From Paraspadella gotoi (Eukaryota > Animalia > Chaetognatha): DNA of 64,000 nt. The stretch is from assembly GCA_051294375.1 (NCBI GenBank), contig CM119264.1, positions 2,957,575 to 3,021,574 of the forward strand, read 5' to 3'. A program made the position numbers and the translations under genes. The notes below the pieces were generated by a model. It was not told the origin of the DNA. It saw nothing but the letters and a program-made list of their open reading frames with translations, and ran no database searches. Each line of letters starts with the position of its first letter. Within the stretch, counting starts at the first letter, position 1. Below are positions 1 to 64,000 of the stretch, piece by piece.

Positions 1-2812
1 CAAAAATGGTTCGCCGACATTGTTTGCTCAAACATGTTTTAAATAAAAGACAATTCAAAAATAAATTTCCCCGATTTTTTCTATCGATTATCTTCGAACA
101 TGGAGGGGTAGCGTCTCTCTGTAATCCTGGCTTCGGGAATGTTCGAGCGAGCATGGGATGCGATACAACGTGAGGCGCGTTCTCGGTACACCAATCACCA
201 GGGAAACCGCCGTTGCACCAGAGTTCCATCTGCAGCTTAACGTGTCGGTTCGTCCATAGAAGCAGAGGAGTCCTAGTCAGCTAAATACCATCAGGTTGTC
301 TCGGATTTACCGAAAACACATTACAAACATCTTATTCTAAAATTACTAGCATTAGATAGCATTGAACATTTAGACTACAACTTAGATAGCATGTTTACGC
401 AATAATGGGATACATTTAACCACTGTCGACCCGCTAAGGCCCAGTGCCACGTCGGTTTCCTGGTGAATCAAATTGGAAAATCGAGAATCAGTCGTCGTCG
501 TTTCCCAGACTCGCTTGACTACTTTTTCTCTTAATTCTTTTAATTTTTTTTTCGTCGTCCTTGTATTACAAGGTACAATACCAATACTATGCACAATCGA
601 TAACTCCATGTGGTGCATTTATTATAGACTTTGCTTTGTCGTGTTCATTCCCGGCCACCGTAATAAATTATTTATAAAACTATTTAATCCACTTTGTCGG
701 TCCGTCGTCCACCCCCCAAATCTTGTCGGTAAATCTTATAAATCATATCACAACATCGAATTTATGTAAATTAATGCAAACAAAATACAAAAATCAATGT
801 CTCGTCCGTCCCCCTAGGCATTAACATAAACATTACTCGTGATTGGATGGATATATTGGAATTAAAATTGTGTGTGGGTGGTAGGATATTGTGTGATTGA
901 GCTAGATATAAAAGTTTTGATGGAATCGTGCAAGTGGAAATGAGTTTAAGTGGAATAAACAAAAGTAAAATTCACTTATATTTTTACTCAAATCTGCTTA
1001 TCGCAGATTACGACTCTATAATCCACTTTATCGGTCCGTATGTCCAGTGTGTGATTGAGCTGGATATAAAGTTTTGATGGAATCGTACAAGTGGAAAAGA
1101 GTTTGAATAGAAAAAACAAAACTCACATTAAAAATTTTTAATTCCTTTTAAATTTTTTTTAAGTATCTTTCTCTCTTTCTCACTCAGTGGAAATGATTGA
1201 TTGGCTTGTTAATGTTAANNNNNNNNNNNNNNNNNNNNNNNNNTCTCTCTCTCTCTCTCTCTCTCTCTCACTTCCTTCCTCTCTCTCTCCTCTCTCTCTT
1301 CTGCTCTCTCTCTCTCTCTTCTCTCGCTTCTTACCTCCGATTAAAGTACAACCATCTCTCACAAATATTGCACTTTCATAACAGGACGAGACACTTAAAA
1401 CCGTCCGACTCAACAATTTGTTTCATCGTCTTTGAGAAATTATTTTTTTTTTAAACTTTTTATTCTTTACTTTTTGAGACACCAGGTTCAAAGATACATA
1501 TTCAAGATTTTGTAATCAATGTCAAAGTTAATTGTAAATACAGGGTGGTCCAGCTCTAATGGGACTAACTTCAAGTTTACAGGCACAAAAATGGTTCCGC
1601 CGACATTGTTTGCTCAAAATGTTTTAAATAAAAGACAATTCAAAAATAAATTTCCCCGATTTTTTCTATCGTTTATCTTCGAACATGGGGGGTAGCGTCT
1701 CTCTTGTAATCCTGGCTTCGGGATGTTCGAGCGAGCATGGGATGCGATACAACGTGAGGCGCGTTCTCGGTACACCAATCACCAGGGAAACCGCCGTTGC
1801 AGCCAGAGTTCCATCTGCAGCGCTTAACGTGTCGGTTCGTCCATAGAAGCAGAGGAGTCCTAGTCAGCTAAATACCATCAGGTTGTCTCGGATTTACCGA
1901 AAACAGCATTACAACATCTTATTCGTAAATTACTAGCATTAGATAGCATTGACATTTAGACTACAAACTTAGATAGCATGTTTACGCAATAATGGGATAC
2001 ATTTAACCACTGTCGACCGTAAGCTGCCAGGTGCCACGTCGGTTTCCACTGGTGAATCAAATTGGAAATCGAGAATCAGCGTCGTCGTTTCCCAGAACTC
2101 GCTTGACTACTTTTTCTCTCTAATTCTTTTTAAATTTTTTTTTCGTCGTCCTTGTATTTACAGGTACAATACCAATACTATGCACAATCGATCAACTCCA
2201 CTGTGGGTGCATTTATTATAGCTTTGCTTTGTCGTCGTTCATTCCCCGCCACCGTAATAAATTATTTTATAAACTATTTAATCCACTTTGTCGGTCCGTC
2301 GGTCCACCCCCCAAATCTTGGCCGGTAAATCTTAATAATCATATCACAACATCGAATTATGATAAATTATGCAAAAAACAAAATACAAAAATAATAGCAT
2401 GTCCATCCGTCCCGTCCCTGCGGCTTAACATTAAACATAACTACGTGATTGGATGGATATATTGGAATTAAAATTGTGTGTGGGTAGGAAATTGTGTGAT
2501 TGAGGCTAGATATAAAGTTTTGATGGAATCGTGCAAGTGGAAATGAGTTTAAGTGGAATAACAAAAGTAAAACTCACTTATATTTTTACTTCAAATTGCT
2601 TATCGCAGATTACGACTCTATAATCCACTTTATCGGTCCGTATGTCCAGTGTGTGATGAGCTGGATTAAGTTTTGATGGATCGTACAAGTAGAAAAGAGT
2701 TTGAATTAGAAACAAAACTCACAATTAAAATTTTTAATTCCTTTATAACTTTTTTTTAAGTATCTTTCCTTCTTTCTCATCAGTGGAATGATTGATTGGC
2801 TTGTTAATGTTA
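1..2812. repeat. Tandem near-duplicate: 1-1218 vs ~1585-2812 (third copy ~11410-12630)
   Basis: Colinear sequence differing mainly by 1-nt indels; separated by the 25-N gap at 1219-1243. Confidence 0.9.
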
Positions 2813-2829
2813 ATCTCTCTCTCTCTCGC

Positions 2830-2868
<39 letters not shown>

Positions 2869-3719
2869 CTCTCTCCTTCTCTCTCTCTCTCTTCTGTGTG
2901 TGGTGTGCATCATTTATCGATTGTCATTGCATTTACTATGATCGCATCAGTAAAATGATTATCATCTCATCAATAGATGACTATTCATTCTATCAATGAC
3001 TATCATCACATCAATGAATTGTTATCATCGCATGATTGATATTATCAATTACATCCTGAATGATATGATCATATCAATTATATTATTAATATAATATATT
3101 TTAATAGATAAATAAATTATTCTCATGCATCAATCAATGACTCGCTCATTGCACAATGAATGACTGTCACCGAGCAATCGTGAATAATAATTATCGCATC
3201 AATGAATGTTTATAGTAGCATTAAATGCCATTAATGAATAACTATCATAGCTTAATAATTCATTATTATTGCTGTTCAAAAATTTGTTATAATCACGTCA
3301 ATAATTCTTAATCATTGCAATCAATAGTTTGTTATAATTTGTTATCATTCAATTAAAATTTTTTTATCTTCGAATTTATATTCGATCAAAAATCATCGAT
3401 TGTCGAAAGTCGATCGTGAATTTCACATCTTGGATTGTTGATTGGAATCAATCAACTGTGAATTGTTGATTGTGGGATTGTTTATTGTAGATCGTCCATT
3501 GTGGATTTAAAATTAATTAACAAAAATCTTTAACGAAAGAAGAAACAAATAAAAAATGACAACAATATAAAGAAAAAAAAGTTAGAAAAATCATAAATTA
3601 AAATTAAAATAAAAAATATTTGTAAGATTTTCTATAATTATCTCTTGTTATGCTCGCTGTACCCGGCTAAAATATCGTTGGCAGATCGACATTGTTTGCT
3701 CAAACTTGTTTCTTTATCC

Positions 3720-5278
3720 TTCGCCCTCTCCTCTTTTCATCTTTTTTTCTTTCCTCTCAAAGCCATCTATATTTTACCTGTCCTTCCATCTTCTCCTCAC
3801 CCACTCTTCTTGTCTCTCCTCCCTCCTTTCCTCCCATCCCCTTTTCCTCCTCCTTTCTCCGCTTTCTCCTCCTCCCCCTCTTCTTATTCCCTCGCCGATC
3901 TCGCCCCTCTCTTCCCTTCTCTCTCACCTCTTTCTTCCCCCCCCTTCTTCTTCTTCCCTCCTGCTCCTCCTTCCTCCATCTCCTTTTCCTCTCCTCTTCC
4001 CTTTCTCCCTGCTTCCCCCTCTCTTCTTCTCCCCCTCCCCTTGCTCCCATTCCATTCTCTACCTCTTCCCCTATTCCTCCCTTATTCACTCCTTCCCCTC
4101 TTCTTATTCCCCTCCCTCCCTCCCTCTCATCGCCTTCTCCTCCATGCCTCTTGTCTTCCTCCCCCTCTTCTTCCTTCCCTCCTCTTTCACTCCATCAGAT
4201 CCTTTTCCTTCCTTCCTCTTCCCCTTTCCTCCCTCCATCCCCTTTTCTTCTTCCTCCCTCCTTCTGCCTCACCTTCCTCCTCTTCTTTCTCATTATTGCA
4301 TCTCCTCCCCCTCTTCTTATTCCCCTCCCTCCTTCCCTCTCATCCCCTTTCTCTCACCTCTTCTTACCTCCCCCTCTTCTTCTTCCTCCTCCTTTCCTCC
4401 TTATCCCTTTTGCTCCTCTTTCCGCTTTCCTCCCTCCTCCCCTCTTCTTCTCTCCCTCCTCCCTTCCTCCCGTGCCCTTCTCTACTCTTCCCCCTTTCTC
4501 CTATATCCCTCCTCGCCGCTCTTCTTCTTCCTCCCTCCCTCTATCCCCCTTCTCTCCACCTCTTTCTCCTCCCCTCTTTTCTTCCCTCCGCCTTTCCTCT
4601 CGATCCATTTTCCTCCCCTCTCCCCTTCTCCTCTCCCTCCCCTCTTCTTCTTCTCCTCCCTTCTTCTCTTCTCTACCCGTACTCCTTATTCTCTTACCTC
4701 TTCCCTCTTTCTTTATTCCCTTCCTCCCCCTCTCTTGCTATCCTCCTCCCCTCTTTCCACCTCTCCCTTCTCCCTCCTCCCGCTTCTTCTTCCCTCACCT
4801 CCCTTCCTCCCATCCCTCTCCTCCACCTCTTCCCTTTTCCTCCTACGTCCCCCTCTTCGTTCATCCTCCTCCCTACCTCCTCTCATCCCTTCTCCTCCAC
4901 GCTATCATTTCCCCTTCCTCCCTCCTGCCGCGCCCTCTCTTCATCCTCCTCCCTCCCTCTCGATTCCCTTCTCCTGGCCCACCTCTTCCCCGTTCCTCCC
5001 TCCTCCCCCTCTTCTTCATCTCTCCCTCCCTCCTATCTCATCATCGCTTTCCTCACCTTGTCTTCCATTCTGTCTTCTCCCCCTCTTTTTTGCCTCCCTC
5101 CCTCCTCCCATTCCCTTCTCTCCACCTCTTCTCCCTTCCTTCTTCCTTGATCTCCGTCCCCCCTATTCTTCTTCCGCTCCTCCCTTCCTCCCATCCCTTT
5201 TTCCTCCCACTTCTTTCCTCTGTTCGCTCTCCCTCCCTCCTCCACTTCTTCTCTCCCATCCCCTGATCCCTTTTTCTT
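3720..5278. repeat. ~1.5-kb polypyrimidine (CT-rich) low-complexity tract (copy at ~13550-15090)
   Basis: Almost exclusively C/T; source of spurious P/L/S/F-rich ORFs. Confidence 0.95.
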
Positions 5279-5379
5279 AATCGGGTATCGCAGAATCGGC
5301 TTTTGTTCTGTTTTGGCCAAAAATTCAGCTTTCCCGCGGCTGCATTGTCGAAACTCATTTCCCCACGCATTCTGGTCTA

Positions 5380-5930
5380 TCGCCCCACTACCGTCCCCAA
5401 CCGCCGCCTACAATCCCCTTTCGCACACATACGCTCTCCCGCCACACGGCTTCCCCAACCTCACACAATCCTTATCCCAAACGCTCTCCCTCCTACAACT
5501 CACCACGACCAGAGCGTTCCGGCCCAAGTCCCAATCCCTTTCCGCTCACGCTCTCACCCCCACACGGCCCAACCGGTCACGAATCCCTTCTCCCGCAACG
5601 CTCTCCCATTTCCCCACGTCGTCCACCCCGTCCAAACCTCAACAATCCCTTCACCGCAACGCTCTGCCCTCACCACCACGGTTCGCCAAACCTCAACTCC
5701 CTTTCCGCAAGCGCTCTCTCCCACCATCCCCGGTCCCCAGAACCTCACACAATCCTTCCCAACGGCTCTTCCCACCCACACCAGGTGCGCACCAGACTCC
5801 CCACAATCCCTTTCCCCAACGCTCTCCCACTGACCACCGGTCCCAACCCCCCAATCCCTTTCCCAACGCTCTCCCCACCACACCGCGTCCCCAACCACCC
5901 ACAATCCTTTTCCACAACGTCTTCAAACAC
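5380..5930. repeat. Minisatellite, ~45-50-bp unit (caatccctttccccaacgctctccccaccacaccggtccc..)
   Basis: Recurrent caatccctt / aacgctctcccc / ccggtccc motifs; copy at ~15160-15510. Confidence 0.85.
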
Positions 5931-5976
5931 TCATCCCTTCGCCCCCTCCCCCCCTCAACTCCGCCCCTTTTTCCAG

Positions 5977-63883
<57,907 letters not shown>

Positions 63884-64000
63884 GTGAGTGGAGGGTGCAG
63901 GGTGGAGAGGGGTGGGTGGATGTATGGGTGGATGTTGAAGGGTAGGTTCAGAAAAGATTGTTAGTTTGTATGAATAAAAGCTTGCAAGGTCTTGATTTTA

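Noticed and set aside
1539-1575. ta-cagggtggtcc, resembling a Tc1/mariner terminus
   Set aside because: No matching inverted end or transposase found in the window.
3645-5280. 500+ aa P/L/S/F-rich ORFs (also 13509-15701, 20558-21598 and their K/E/R/G-rich antisense ORFs)
   Set aside because: Open in all frames only because pure C/T or G/A tracts lack stop codons.

Overview
Repeat-rich, gapped invertebrate (animal) genomic scaffold; the species cannot be determined from the sequence. Two intron-containing genes can be reconstructed by hand. (1) Plus strand: an IgGFc-binding (FCGBP N-terminal) domain / Ser-Thr mucin-like / von Willebrand factor A gene. Exons are found from ~5977 to ~63883 and it probably extends beyond the window. 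(2) Minus strand: a divergent non-NMDA ionotropic glutamate receptor gene (signal peptide, ATD, S1, M1, M2 QQG, M3 SYTANLTAF, S2, M4) at ~30153-57870. It lies antisense between two identified exons of gene 1. Much of the window consists of indel-rich duplicated blocks next to five gaps of exactly 25 N, most likely long-read gap-overfill or haplotype artefacts. Other notable features: half of an iGluR S2 exon is inverted between ~100-bp inverted repeats, a 70-bp minisatellite has multiplied a splice acceptor, and a TIR element is present in only one of two duplicate copies. Most ORFs in the supplied track are microsatellite or N-gap artefacts. I see no convincing wholly new biological system; the nested gene pair is the most interesting biology.
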